A stretch of DNA of 62,347 bases, filler included, from Pirum gemmata (GCA_002812295.1; 10 parts of 10 records of this genome joined end to end with filler, not necessarily neighbours in it); one strand, 5' to 3'; shown: positions 1 through 12,028, numbered from the whole stretch's first letter. The notes: a model not told the origin generated them from the letters alone. Numbers and translations: made by a program.

Positions 1-646
1 AAAAAATAAATGCAACAAAATTAATTATACTACTTTGTTTTCAAAAAATATAAAAATGGAGCTCGAATAATATTACCTCCCCACTCCCTCCCTCCCTTCC
101 CTTCCAACCGCCCGCTCGTTTCAGCGACCTTGATCTTTTGTACCCGAACTCTTTCTAAAACAATATTATTTGTCTGTTTCTGAAAAATAAAGCATAAAAG
201 GCACTATGACTAAAACTGTGCTTTTTATTTTAGTCATGCCTCAATTTTGGTGTACAGTTTAACTTTTGTTACCGAAAAAAAAATAAAACTAAAACACAAA
301 TTTTAATAATACCCAATTGGTCTAAAATACTTTAGGCGTCTTTTAATAATATAAAAAATTAAATTAAATTATGAGCTTATTAATGTTGCGAACAACAGTT
401 TCTAAATTTAATTATACCAAATAACAGCTCAAGAAAATAATAACATTGAAATCGGACAATAGTTTTTATTAATCAAGTACTAGTTTAATATGCACAATTT
501 TTTCTAAAAAAAGTCCATAACACATTTTCAAGTTATAACTTAACATAATTATACTTGCTTTTCTCATCACTAAGTACACATTGTGCATTTATCATTATCA
601 TTATCATTATCATTGTTATTATCATTATCATTATCACTATCATAAT

Positions 647-689
<43 letters not shown>

Positions 690-1049
690 GAAACCCCCGA
701 GTTAGGACAAACGTCTCACGAGAAAGCAAAGGACAAGGAATTGGAAAAATCAGCCCAAACTTCAGATTCAGATAGAGAAAAACTACTCCGAAAATTGAAT
801 GCCTCTAGCAACGATAAGGAAAAAGAAAAACTAGTCCTAAAATGGATTTTGTCTTAGAAAGCAAAGAAAGAAAAGGTACAACAATATAAAGGGGAGGTGG
901 CTGAGGGTTATGAGAGAGTATATGATGGTGAATTCTTATATTACGATAGTATCACGATAGAAAAATAGGCGATCCATAATTTATTTTTTATATTTTAAAT
1001 TATTTTTATATAAATAATTATAATTAATATTGATTGTAAGAAATAATAA

Positions 1050-2150
1050 AATATAAACACTTTCTATTGCTGCATAGATTACTAATTATAACAATATATC
1101 ATTCCGCATAAATTACTAATTATATTATAATAAATAAGTAATAAATAATATAGTATTCAATAATATAATAATCCGCATAGATTAATAAATATATTTATTA
1201 TATATTTGTGCCACATAATATTATATTTATTCTATTTTATAAATATAATAGTAAAAATTAATATTCCGAATAGATTACTAATTAAAATTTTGTGGTTTAA
1301 TTAATATAATATTATTAATTAATATTATATAATATAACAATATAAAAATCCTCATAGATTATTATAATTAGAAGTATTATTACACAAAAATTCATACTTT
1401 TTCCATAAATGTCGGAAATTTCTATAAATTATTAATAACATATTATTAATATCTAGGCTTTTAATTAATTTATTAAAACAGCAAAATAATAATTATAAAT
1501 ATTCCGAGATTTCCATAAAATAACAAATGCAGAAAAAAAATATATATTCCGCTAATGTAGGCTTAATTAAAATATCAAAATAATAATTATAAATCTTCCA
1601 AGATTTCCATAAAACAACAATATTTAAAATGTAGTCTTTTAATTAATAACTAAAATAGTAAAATAATAAATAATAATTTGTGCTATAGGATGTAATATAT
1701 TCCACATAAATTACTAATTATATTTATTATTATATATATTTGTGCCACATATATATAATTCTAATGTTATATTATATTTATAATTGATTGTAAAAAATTA
1801 AAAAATATATAAACACGTTTTATTATAATAATATAATACATTATAATATTCCGCATAAATTACTAATTATATTATGTATATTAATATTATAATTAGAAGT
1901 ACTTTTTGTTATACATATAAAAACTCGTACGATTTTTAGTAAGTGTTTTTTATATGATAATTATTCAGAATAATATTAATTATTACATTATGAATCAACC
2001 GTGATTTTCCATAAAACAACCAACGTAGGAATAGCAAAAAAAAAAATTATAAATCGACTGAGATTTCCATAAAACAACAAATGTAGCTATAGAATTCATA
2101 AAATTTAATATTATAAATCTCAGAAATTTCTATAAATTAATATATTATCT
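1050..2150. repeat. Degenerate AT-rich satellite with two interleaved motifs
   Basis: About 6 variants of TTCCGCATAAATTACTAATTATA (e.g. ~1102, ~1264, ~1700, ~1849) and about 4 of GATTTCCATAAAACAACAA (~1508, ~1602, ~2005, ~2082), irregularly spaced. Confidence 0.6.
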
Positions 2151-2694
2151 AAGCTTTTAATTAGAATAGCAACTCGTCTATAAATTATCATAATAGCAAA
2201 ACTATTAATAATATTAATATAATTTAATTTAACAAAAATTATAAAAACATTTGTAAAAAATAAAAAATATTATAATATTATAATATTATATATACTTTTC
2301 ATATTTATTGTGTATATTATATTTGTGCATATATTTGTGTATATATTTGTGTATGTATTTGTGGATATATTAATTTTGTGTATATATTTGTGAGTATTTG
2401 TGTTTATATTAAATTTTGGGTATATACTTGTGCATATGTTTGTGTATGTATTTGTGTATATTGTAATTGTGTATAATATTATTATAATTGTGTATATTAT
2501 AATTGTGTATATTGTAATTGTATATATTATAATTGAGTATATTATATTACATTTGTGAATATTATATTATATTTGTGTATTGTATAATTATTATATTGTA
2601 TATTATATTTGTATATATTATATTTGTGAATATTATATAGTGTATATAACTAGTATTAGTGTAATTTATATTAATAATGGTTTTTTACTGAGAT

Positions 2695-3351
2695 TCAGGA
2701 TGTATAACCATAATCCCTTTCAACTTTAGAAACTCTAACTTTGTATTGAGCATACCACCTTTGACGACCATATTTTTGTGCTACTTTATGCTCGATATTT
2801 TGTTTCCAATGTTTAATACTGTCCAGATCTTTCCAATAGGAGACTGTAATACCTACGTCTTCTCTGGCGCTTTCTATTCCTAAAAACCCATCTTGTTCTT
2901 TTGCTAAATTTACCATTTTGATTGCCATGTCACCATAGCCGTCATCGCCGTCTTTTCGAACTGAAGTAAATATAACTGCATAATAAGGAGTGTCTTTCGG
3001 TGTGGAAGCCACAGCAACACTTTCATCAGCGAAGTTGTTAGCTGGTTTCTTTCGAAAAGTAAAATGCTGAACACTACATGATTCAACATATTTCTCCATC
3101 CCTTGAGGTATAAATGATTCTGAGGCCCAGTTGGGCCCAGCAAACAATCTAAGAGATTCTACAGAATCCCAAATAGAAATCATAGTATAAACACGGGACC
3201 CAGATGATGGTTCAGGGTAGCCAATTTCATGGCTTATGTATCCTTGTTTACTGGTGACTGCAATCACACTAATAGATTCAAAGTCACGTTCAAAGTCACT
3301 AATGTTAGCATCCTTGGCTACCACGATTGTAAAAAATCTTCTAATGCACAT
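2695..3351 (-). CDS. Tandem ABM (antibiotic biosynthesis monooxygenase, dimeric alpha+beta barrel) double-domain protein; C-terminal half YqjZ/HmoA-like
   Basis: Intronless 218-aa ORF, real ATG at 3349-3351 in A-rich context, TGA stop. C-half PYYAVIFTS...GYGDMAIKMVNLAKEQDGFLGIESARE-DVGITVSYWKDLDSIKHWKQNIEHKVAQKYGRQRWY...VRVSKVER matches the Bacillus YqjZ-type ABM pattern from memory. N-half FERDFESIS...YTMISIWDSVESLRLFAGPNW...IPQGMEKYVESCSVQHF resembles a second bacterial ABM subtype. Confidence 0.85.
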   Translation of the reverse strand: MCIRRFFTIVVAKDANISDFERDFESISVIAVTSKQGYISHEIGYPEPSSGSRVYTMISIWDSVESLRLFAGPNWASESFIPQGMEKYVESCSVQHFTFRKKPANNFADESVAVASTPKDTPYYAVIFTSVRKDGDDGYGDMAIKMVNLAKEQDGFLGIESAREDVGITVSYWKDLDSIKHWKQNIEHKVAQKYGRQRWYAQYKVRVSKVERDYGYTS

Positions 3352-3546
3352 TTTTGGTTTTAAAAATATAATAAAAGTAATAATAAATCGGTAGTAGTAA
3401 AACTATATTTATTATATTATCGATATATCATAATAATATTATATTTTATATAATATATTTTTGAACCCTCGTTTTTTTATAATAATTATCCCTATAATAT
3501 CTAGTTTTTTTGTTCTTTTTTTGTGAAAGCAATTTTTTTTTGTCTA

Positions 3547-3626
3547 ATAACAATAACAATAACAATAACAATAACAATAACAATAACAATAACAATAACA
3601 ATAACAATAACAATAACAATAACAAT
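3547..3626. repeat. (AACAAT)n microsatellite between the divergent ABM and LRR genes
   Basis: Directly visible hexamer run. Confidence 0.95.
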
Positions 3627-3848
3627 ATTACATAGTTTTCATTGTTTTTTTTTTGTTGATCGATTTTTTTTTCGAGAAAAAAAATAATATCGACAGCGAC
3701 GATGTTATAATATCGACAGCGACGATGTTTTTTTTCCTATAGTTGAAATATTTTCAGACGACAAATATTTTAAGTAAGAAAAAAGTATAAATACGTGCAC
3801 AGATTATAAGAACTGAATATTATTTTTAGCACATTCACAAGATTCAAA

Positions 3849-5279
3849 ATGAATTTAGACGAAGCGATAGAGGCCTTGCAAACCAACACAACTTTGACGT
3901 CGTTGGAGTTAGGGTGTAATATTGGGGCTGAGGGAATGAAATTGTTAAGTGAGGCCCTTCAAATCAACACAACTTTGACGTCATTGGATTTAGGGTGCGG
4001 TAATAAAATAGGGGTTGAGGGTGCCAAATGGTTAAGTGAGACCCTTCAAATCAACACAACTTTGAAGTCATTGGATTTAGGGGGTAATGAAATAGGGGTT
4101 GAGGGTACCAAATGGGTAAGTAAAGCCCTGCAAACCAACACAACTTTGAAGTCATTAAGCTTATGTTTTAATGATATAGGGGCTGAGGGTGGGAAATGGT
4201 TAAGTGAGGTTTTGGAAATCAACACAACTTTAACGTCATTGAATTTAGATGGCAATAATATAGGGGCTGAGGGAATGAAATGGTTAAGTAAGGCCCTGCA
4301 AATCAACACAACTTTAACGTCATTGGATTTAGATGGTAATAATATAGGGGTTGAGGGTGCCAAATGGTTAAGTGAAGCCCTGCAAATCAACACAACTTTG
4401 ACGTCATTGGATTTAGAGAGTAATAAAATAATTGCTGAGGGTACCAATTTACCAAATGGTTAAGTGATGTTTTGAAAATCAGCACAACTTTGACGTCATT
4501 GGAGTTAAATTGTAATGATATAGGGGCTGAGGGGGCGAAATGGTTAAGTGAAGCCCTGCAAATCAACACAACTTTGAAGTCATTGCAGTTAAGGTGGAAT
4601 AATAAAATGGGTGCGAAGTGGTTAAGTGAGGTTTTGAAAATCAACACAACTTTGACGTCATTGGATTTAGGGGGTAATGATATAGGAGATGAGGGAGCCA
4701 AATGGTTAAGTGAAGCCCTGCAAATCAATACAACTTTGACGTCATTGAAGTTAGGGTCTAATAATATAGGGACTGAGGGTGTGAAATGGTTAAGTGAAGC
4801 CCTGCAAATCAACACAACTTTGACATCATTGGATTTAAGGTCTAAATATATAGGGGCTGAGGGAACGAAATGGTTAAGTGAAACCCTGCAAAATTTGCAG
4901 GAATTTAATCAACACAACTTTGACATCATTGGATTTAGAGAGTAATAAAATATGGGCTGAGGGTACGAAATGGTTAAGTGAGGCCCTGCAAAACAACACA
5001 ACTTTGACGTCATTGGATTTAAGATGGAGTAAAATAGGGGCTAAGGGAGACAAATGGCAAATCAACACAACTTTAACGTTATTGCATTTGGCAGGTAATG
5101 ATATAGGAACTGAGGGTGCCAAATGGTTAAGTGAGGTTTTGGAAATCAACACAACTTTGATGTCATTGGAGTTAAGGTCTAATAATATAGGAGTTGAGGG
5201 TGTGAAATGGTTAAATGAGGTTTTGGAAATCAACCCAACATTGACGTCATTGGATTTAAGGTTTAACACAAGTTTGTAA
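3849..5279 (+). pseudogene. RNI-like (NLRC3-type) 28-aa leucine-rich repeat array, about 17 repeats, broken by two frameshifts
   Basis: Three ORFs (3849-4463, 4472-4945, 4878-5279) share the unit LSEALQINTTLTSLxLxxNxIGxEGAKW. An 8-nt insertion (~4442-4450) and a 16-nt insertion (4892-4907) relative to the 84-nt repeat consensus explain the frame changes. ATG at 3849. Confidence 0.85.
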
Positions 5280-5399
5280 TATATTCAATGCCTTGATAAA
5301 ACAAAATTTTATCAAAAATTCAAAAAAAAAAATTCAATTTTAGGTTTATTGGATTTATATTAAAAATAAAATTCATGGTTTATTTTTATAAAATTCATT

Positions 5400-6087
5400 T
5401 TGAATATAAAAAACAACCCGGATGTTGGGTATTTTATTAATAAACGTTTTGGTAGTCAATTGAAAAGGCTAATAATTCATGGTAATGATAATGATGTAGA
5501 AACCATGCCAATTTATTTGGATCAATGTAAAAATCTTGACTTTATCTCAGTGGACAATATGTAATGGTAAAAAAAATGTCAGAAAAGAATTGTGTTACAA
5601 ATATAAAAATAAATGGAATTTCTGCAGTTGCTATCCTTGATGATGATAAAATAACATTTTTAAACATTTAAAAAAGTTGAGTTTGAAAATTAAGGGTCAT
5701 GTATTAAACCAAGAAAAAAGCAGGCAAATCAAATTATTGGAAAGTTTTAAATTTGAATACTTTTTATTTAGAATGTGAAGAATTGTGATCTGAATTTTTT
5801 ACCTAAAAATTTACAAAATTTTGAGCTCAAGTGTCATCACTGAGTGTCATAGTTTACAACAAACGAGCACTGATTTTGATTATTGCAATTTAATAACGTC
5901 ATTGAAAATAACTTGTTTCACTATGACAAGTTATGGAATTTTTTCGAATAGTATAAAATATGTAGATTTACAATGTAATCAATTACAAAGGATCCATAAT
6001 TTTCCCACTAATTTATTAGATTTGACAATTTATAGTAAAAGGTTGGAAAATATAATAGCATTTCCTGCTGGTTTACTACACTTTTAA
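5400..6087 (+). pseudogene. Decayed second LRR/FNIP-like gene relic
   Basis: Fragments in shifting frames: SQLKRLIIHG..LDQCKNLDFISV, LNTFYLECEEL, DLNFLPKNLQNFEL, IKYVDLQCNQLQRIHNFPTNLLDLTI, FPAGLLHF. Many stops and frameshifts. Confidence 0.4.
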
Positions 6088-6551
6088 AAAACATTGAAAG
6101 GGTAAAGTGATACAAATTGTTAGTGCCATATTTTTTTAAAAAAAAATTTTGAAAAATTTGCGTGCCATATTTGTAAAATATTACTATTTTCAAGCGACTA
6201 CATATTTGGCAAATAGCTCTTTTTTAGGCAAAACCGCACCAATAAAGTTTGGATGAGCCAAGGTTATCACTTTGCTATTATTGTTGTTTGAGTCTGTTGT
6301 TTGAGTGTTTTTTTTTTTTTTTTNNNNNNNNNNNNNNNNNNNNNNNNNNNNNNNNNNNNNNNNNNNNNNNNNNAAATAATAAATAATAAATAGGAGATTT
6401 ATAGAGTATCGTTGATAAAACAACTTTCGAATGATGTTAGAATGGTATTTATGATAACATTAATTCGTAGTTAGCTATTCATATACCTACTAAGCTTAGA
6501 CACTAAACCTAACTGAAACCTAAGCCTAAGGGGCCGTTCAGCTAAGATATC

Positions 6552-7092
<541 letters not shown>

Positions 7093-7415
7093 TAATAAAG
7101 AAGTTGCGAGCTTCAGTAGGCTTTTTAATTAATCATAGTCTAATATTATATATAATCAAATGGGCCTTGCACTCTGGATCGGTGATTACTTCACCCTTGT
7201 TGTTTTTTACATACAAATATTACATTAATTAAAACATTAACAATTTAACATTATCATTAGAATATTGACATTTTAAAATTAATTAATAAACATTAACATT
7301 AACTAATACGTACCGATAATACTAAATTATAACACTAACACTATTCATAATACTAATTATAATAATAATAATTTAATTATAGCAATAATTAATATAATAA
7401 TACTAATAATAATAA

Positions 7416-7515
7416 NNNNNNNNNNNNNNNNNNNNNNNNNNNNNNNNNNNNNNNNNNNNTTAATTAATTAANNNNNNNNNNNNNNNNNNNNNNNNNNNNN
7501 NNNNNNNNNNNNNNN
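7416..7515. other. Artificial contig-joining linker N44-TTAATTAATTAA-N44 (first of nine)
   Basis: Identical 100-nt linkers at 7416-7515, 13505-13604, 19616-19715, 25727-25826, 31853-31952, 37968-38067, 44083-44182, 50203-50302 and 56283-56382. The core gives stops in all six frames. Plain N gaps also occur at 6324-6373 and 16537-16546. Confidence 0.98.
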
Positions 7516-7686
7516 ATAATAATAATAATAATAATAACTGTAAGAGTAACAGTAAGAGTAAGAGTAACAATAATCATAATATAACCATAACGTAACCATA
7601 ACCGTAACCTTATCAACAACCATAATAAAGAATAATAAGCAATAGTAATAATAACAATAAGTGTATCACCATTAACTTTACAATAG

Positions 7687-10600
7687 GGGGCACTATGGCG
7701 ATTGTTGGATTTGCGTTATCTTTTGCCACTTTTGGGGGTTCTCTTGCTTTGACTGTCGCTGGTGCTTCCATTGCTGCCACAGGAGGTATTGTCTGTTTAT
7801 ACTTTACCCAAATGCTTTATCAAATTGTTGTACGTTTGTGTTATCTGTACTGTTATGTGTTGTTTCATTTATGTGTTATTCTATTTTGGTAATGGTTTGG
7901 TATTGTTGTAGCATTGTATAATGTTATATTCTTGCTGGACTGTTACTCTGTTACGTTATCGTACCGTGGTGTTGCTGTTGGGCAATTGTCCATAGGGTTA
8001 CAGTATGATGCGTATTGTAATGTCGCGGTCTTGTGATGGCATGATATCATGATATTTTAGTATTTATAAATTATATGTATTTTTTTTTTATGGGAAAGTA
8101 TTTCATTGCTAAGTCATTGTGTTTATCAATATTTTCGATTCGATCTTTTGATTATGGGGTTTATGTCGGATTATCATACAAATGTGCCCCCTTTTTAATT
8201 ATTTTAACATTTTATTTTTATCACTTTCAAGTGTCATTGTTGTGTTTGGTGTTAGCTAGTAATCTCGTTTTTATCAGTTCAATATTAACTAGTATTTTTG
8301 AGTACATATTTTATCGTTTTTTATCATTTTATCATTTTATCATTTTATCATTTTATCATTTTATCATTTTATCTTTTTATCATTTTATTATTTTATTATT
8401 TTATTATTTTATTATTTTATTATTTTATTATTTTATTATTTTATTATTTGTCATTATATCCTTTTTCCTTTTTGTGTACCATGTTCTTATTACTGTATCA
8501 TAGTTTTTTATTTCGCTATTTTGGTTGTTTTAATTATTTTATTGTTTACTAATTTGTTATTTTTTAATTGCATTTTGGTATTGTAATGTTGTGGTTCTGT
8601 AGGTCCTGTAATAGTTTAGTAGTACTAAAACTTTATTTAATTTATCGTTGTAAAATGATGCTGTTTGTGGCGTTGATTATTTGTATTTTCGTTTTAGTAT
8701 TTCATTGTTTCTTCATTAATTTACTAAATGACTGCACTCTTGGTTTATCATATAATTATTGTTGGTTTATTGTTATTGTTTACCTATTATTGTTGCTGTA
8801 ACAACATTGTTTTATAACTTACATTGGACAAGAATGTGTTGCAATATTATAGATTTGCAGTAACACATTAGGATGTTGTAGAATGCGAGATATGATTTTA
8901 AGACTTTACGTAATATTGTTTTTTTACAGTTTAAATTTTATTTATACTGCCTTCTTGTCGTATTTAATTCTTTTTTGTCAAGAAAATCAATCTTAATGAT
9001 TACTCCTTATTTTCCAAGGTCTCACTGCTGGTGGTTCCTCTATGGCTGAAAAATATCTGCATTCTAAACTCAGGAAACAGGCTTTAGAAAACCTAAACGA
9101 ATCCAAGGATTTTTTGACTGATTTTTCATCTAATATAGAGGATGTCACCAATTTACTGGTAACGAAATGTTTTCAAATTAAATTTTAATATCGATCACCC
9201 ATTATTGTTTGAATTTTGGTTTGTTTATTTTTTTGTTTTCCTTGCACAAACATTTTATGGGAAATTCTTGTTGACTGTTTTCTGTGTTATATATATGCGT
9301 GGGTTGGTGGGTGGGTGAGTGGGTATGTATGTTAGGCTTTGTGTGTGTCGTGTGCGGTATATATATGTGTGTGTATGTTTTTATATTTTTTTATTCAGAA
9401 ACGAAATTCCTAAAGGATTTACGCTCTGACTGTCTTCAATCTTCTTTTTGTCCTTAGAATCAAGTAAACAAAAATGTTGGATTTTAATAAATATTGATAT
9501 TTCTTAAATAGGTTCCCAAAACTGAAGAGGCAGAACACCGACTTCCAAAGTGTAGTATTCTTGAGGAACCCGAAGAAGAAGATGATGGTTACTATGCCGA
9601 AGCTGGTTCGTATGCAGTAACAGGCACAAAAGTTGTAGCTAAAGGAGCAAATTTCACAAATAATTTAATTTCCGTTGGACAGGCTGGTCAGATTGCTATT
9701 ACTGCCACTACCTCTGCTCTTGCGGTAGTTGGTGGTGTTGTGAATATTATTCTTTTACCATTGGACGTGTATAATGTAGTCCAAACTGCGATGGCTTTAC
9801 ACAAGTCTCTACCTCATGATGCTTCAACTCTTATTCGTACGATTGCTAGTGAATTTGATTCTGAAAATGAGATGGATACTGAAACGATCGAAATGAAATT
9901 CGCCAAGTTACAAACATTAACACTAACCGACATTCCCAATGCAGTCATTGCGTGGGAAGAGTTGTGTCAAATGATGAGCAGTACGCAAGTGAATATAGAA
10001 CATATTACTGCTAATTTGGATCTATTACTGAAAAAGGCAAAGAAGAAGGGTTTAAATGTTGATAGCGAAATAGCTAAAATGCATGCTGAAATGAATGATG
10101 ACGAGAAAAAGTTACTCAAGCAAATCGAAAAATTAAATGCCGAAGCAGAGGTGGATAGAAAACGAAACAATGAACTCCTGAAAAAGGAGCGGGATTCGCT
10201 TGCTGAAGAAGATTCTGTAATGTGGAAACAGGTTAGTACAAATAAACTTAAAAGCTATGATACTTCTAACCCCCTAACCCTGAAGTATTCAAAGCTACAG
10301 GCCCTAAATATACACATGAATATACCACCATCTACCGCTAAAACGTAAACTATCATACTCTTAAACCCCCAAAGCTTTTATGTACTCGAATTTTGTCCTT
10401 TTATTAAAAACCTGCAAGTCATTGAACACTCAAATCCAAAGCTTTTTGTGCTGGAGAACTTTTGATGTCACTAACCCTAACCCCTAACCCCTGACCCTAA
10501 CCCTTAACCCCTAACCCCTAACGCTTAACCTCGAACCCTAACCTCGAACCCTAACCTCGAACCCTAACCTCAAACCCTAACCTCGAACCCTAACCGCAAA

Positions 10601-11376
10601 CCCTAACACCCAAACCTGCTAACCCTAACTGTTATGTAACCCTAACCCTAACCCTAACCCTAACCCTAACCCTAACCCTAACCCCTAACCCCTAACCCTA
10701 ACCCCTAACCCCTAACCCTGACGCTACCATATCCCCGAACCCGAACCTCACTGTAACCCTATCCCGTTATCGGTTGTTCATATCACTTAACCCCCTAAAT
10801 ATTAATATTTCGCCTCCACAGATGGAAGAAATGAATATGAGCATGGAGTCAGTGAATGTCAAAAACCTTCAAAAAGCTAAAGACTTGGAAGCTGCTCGTC
10901 AAAAACAAGAGGAAGAAGAGCTTCATCGTCAAATTCAGGAAATAAATCGTCTTATGGAAGAGGACATAAAAAAGAATGAGAATGCGAAAGCTAAAATTCG
11001 GCAGCAGTTGAGTGTGAGTAGTACTAGTGATGACTCTAATGAATCAGAGGGCAAAGATTTCACGGAAACCCAAAATGAAATGAAAAAAGAAACTCAAGAT
11101 TCGAAAATTGAGAGTGAAAATTCCAATAAATCAGAGAGCGCAATAAACGTTGGGGATATCGGAGAGAACAAAAATGAAATTAAAAGGGTAAGTCAACATT
11201 CGAAAAGTGAGAACAAAGACTCGAATAAATCAGAGAGCGCAACAAACGTTGTCGGAGAGAACAAAAACCAAATGAAAAGGGAAAGTCAAGATTCGAAAAT
11301 TGAGAACAAAGACTCTAATAAATCAGAGAACGTAATAAATGACAAAGCTTTAGAAAAAGAGGTTAAAAAATGCTAA
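7687..11376 (+). CDS. APOL: Apolipoprotein L-domain protein with C-terminal coiled-coil/charged extension (spliced, 5' end missing at contig edge)
   Basis: Phase-consistent GT-AG exons 7687-7785, 9019-9158, (optional 9458-9463), 9512-10231 and 10822-11376. The joined translation includes GGTMAIVGFALSFATFGGSLALTVAGASIAATGGLTAGGSSMAEKYL and ALAVVGGVVNIILLPLDVYNVVQTAMALHKSLPHDASTLIRTIASEF, matching the hydrophobic hairpin and C-terminal hallmarks of the ApoL family. Confidence 0.8.
10472..10720. repeat. Interstitial telomere-like repeats (CCCTAA, CCCCTAA, 13-mer ACCCTAACCTCGA) inside an intron
   Basis: Directly visible; lies within predicted intron 10232-10821 of the ApoL-like gene. Confidence 0.9.
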
Positions 11377-11512
11377 AGAAAACGAAATAATACGAAATTT
11401 AGTATAGTTGTACCTACTCTGTTGCAATACAAAATAACAGTCTTGAATATAAAAGACGTGTATGTTCTTTAAGGAGATAACGAATTACATACATACATAC
11501 ATACATATGTAG

Positions 11513-11545
<33 letters not shown>

Positions 11546-11854
11546 ATATATATATATATGTGTGTGTGTGTATATTTATATATTTATATGTGTGGGCTTG
11601 TACGTGTGAGCGATAAACATTCTTCTGTTAACTTATTAAATTCCGAAAGATTGAATTTTAAAGGACAGTGTGAGAATCGATAACCCTACAATGTTACGTC
11701 AAGTTTTCGTTTAGTACGATTGTTTATATTTCTCAAACAGACAATTCAATTACATTGACTTTACTTGTAAACTCTGACAATGGAATATTTTTCTTTTTTG
11801 TAAATATTATAGTAATATTAAATTCATCCTGAAGCATTTGTGGTCGTGAACGGT

Positions 11855-12028
11855 TTAACTTTGCAGGATCATTAGTTCATTATAGATTTCAATCACGTCG
11901 TCTTTTTGCTCTTTGGTCACTTCAAAAATTTCCAGTAATTCAAAGTAGTCATTAGTAATCATCCACCGCCTAAATAAACAACCAAGATGGGCGAGCCAAA
12001 CCTCTTGACGATAAACAGGATCTTGTCC
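11855..12028 (-). CDS. Probable terminal exon of an uncharacterised protein
   Basis: After the acceptor ...TACTAG an open frame reads GQDPVYRQEVWLAHLGCLFRRWMITNDYFELLEIFEVTKEQKDDVIEIYNELMILQS* with higher GC than its flanks. Too short for the ORF track. Confidence 0.55.
   Translation of the reverse strand, partial: GQDPVYRQEVWLAHLGCLFRRWMITNDYFELLEIFEVTKEQKDDVIEIYNELMILQS

Noticed and set aside
687..968. Short charged ORF METPELGQ... continuing past a TAG (KAKKEKVQQYKGEV...)
   Set aside because: Looks coding-like but has no recognisable motif, and its upstream part is an (ATA)n microsatellite. Too weak to call.
1050..2150. CRISPR-like repeat-spacer array
   Set aside because: Repeats are degenerate and irregularly spaced, intervening sequences are themselves repetitive, there are no cas genes and the context is eukaryotic.
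4046..5269. Antisense ORFs over the LRR array
   Set aside because: Shadow frames of the 84-nt repeat with no independent protein features.
7895..8801. Hydrophobic F/I/L-rich ORFs (also 18607, 33210-33634, 42160, 50538, 51868)
   Set aside because: Products of intronic or intergenic T-rich and simple-repeat sequence; 8075-8801 lies inside the predicted ApoL-like intron.
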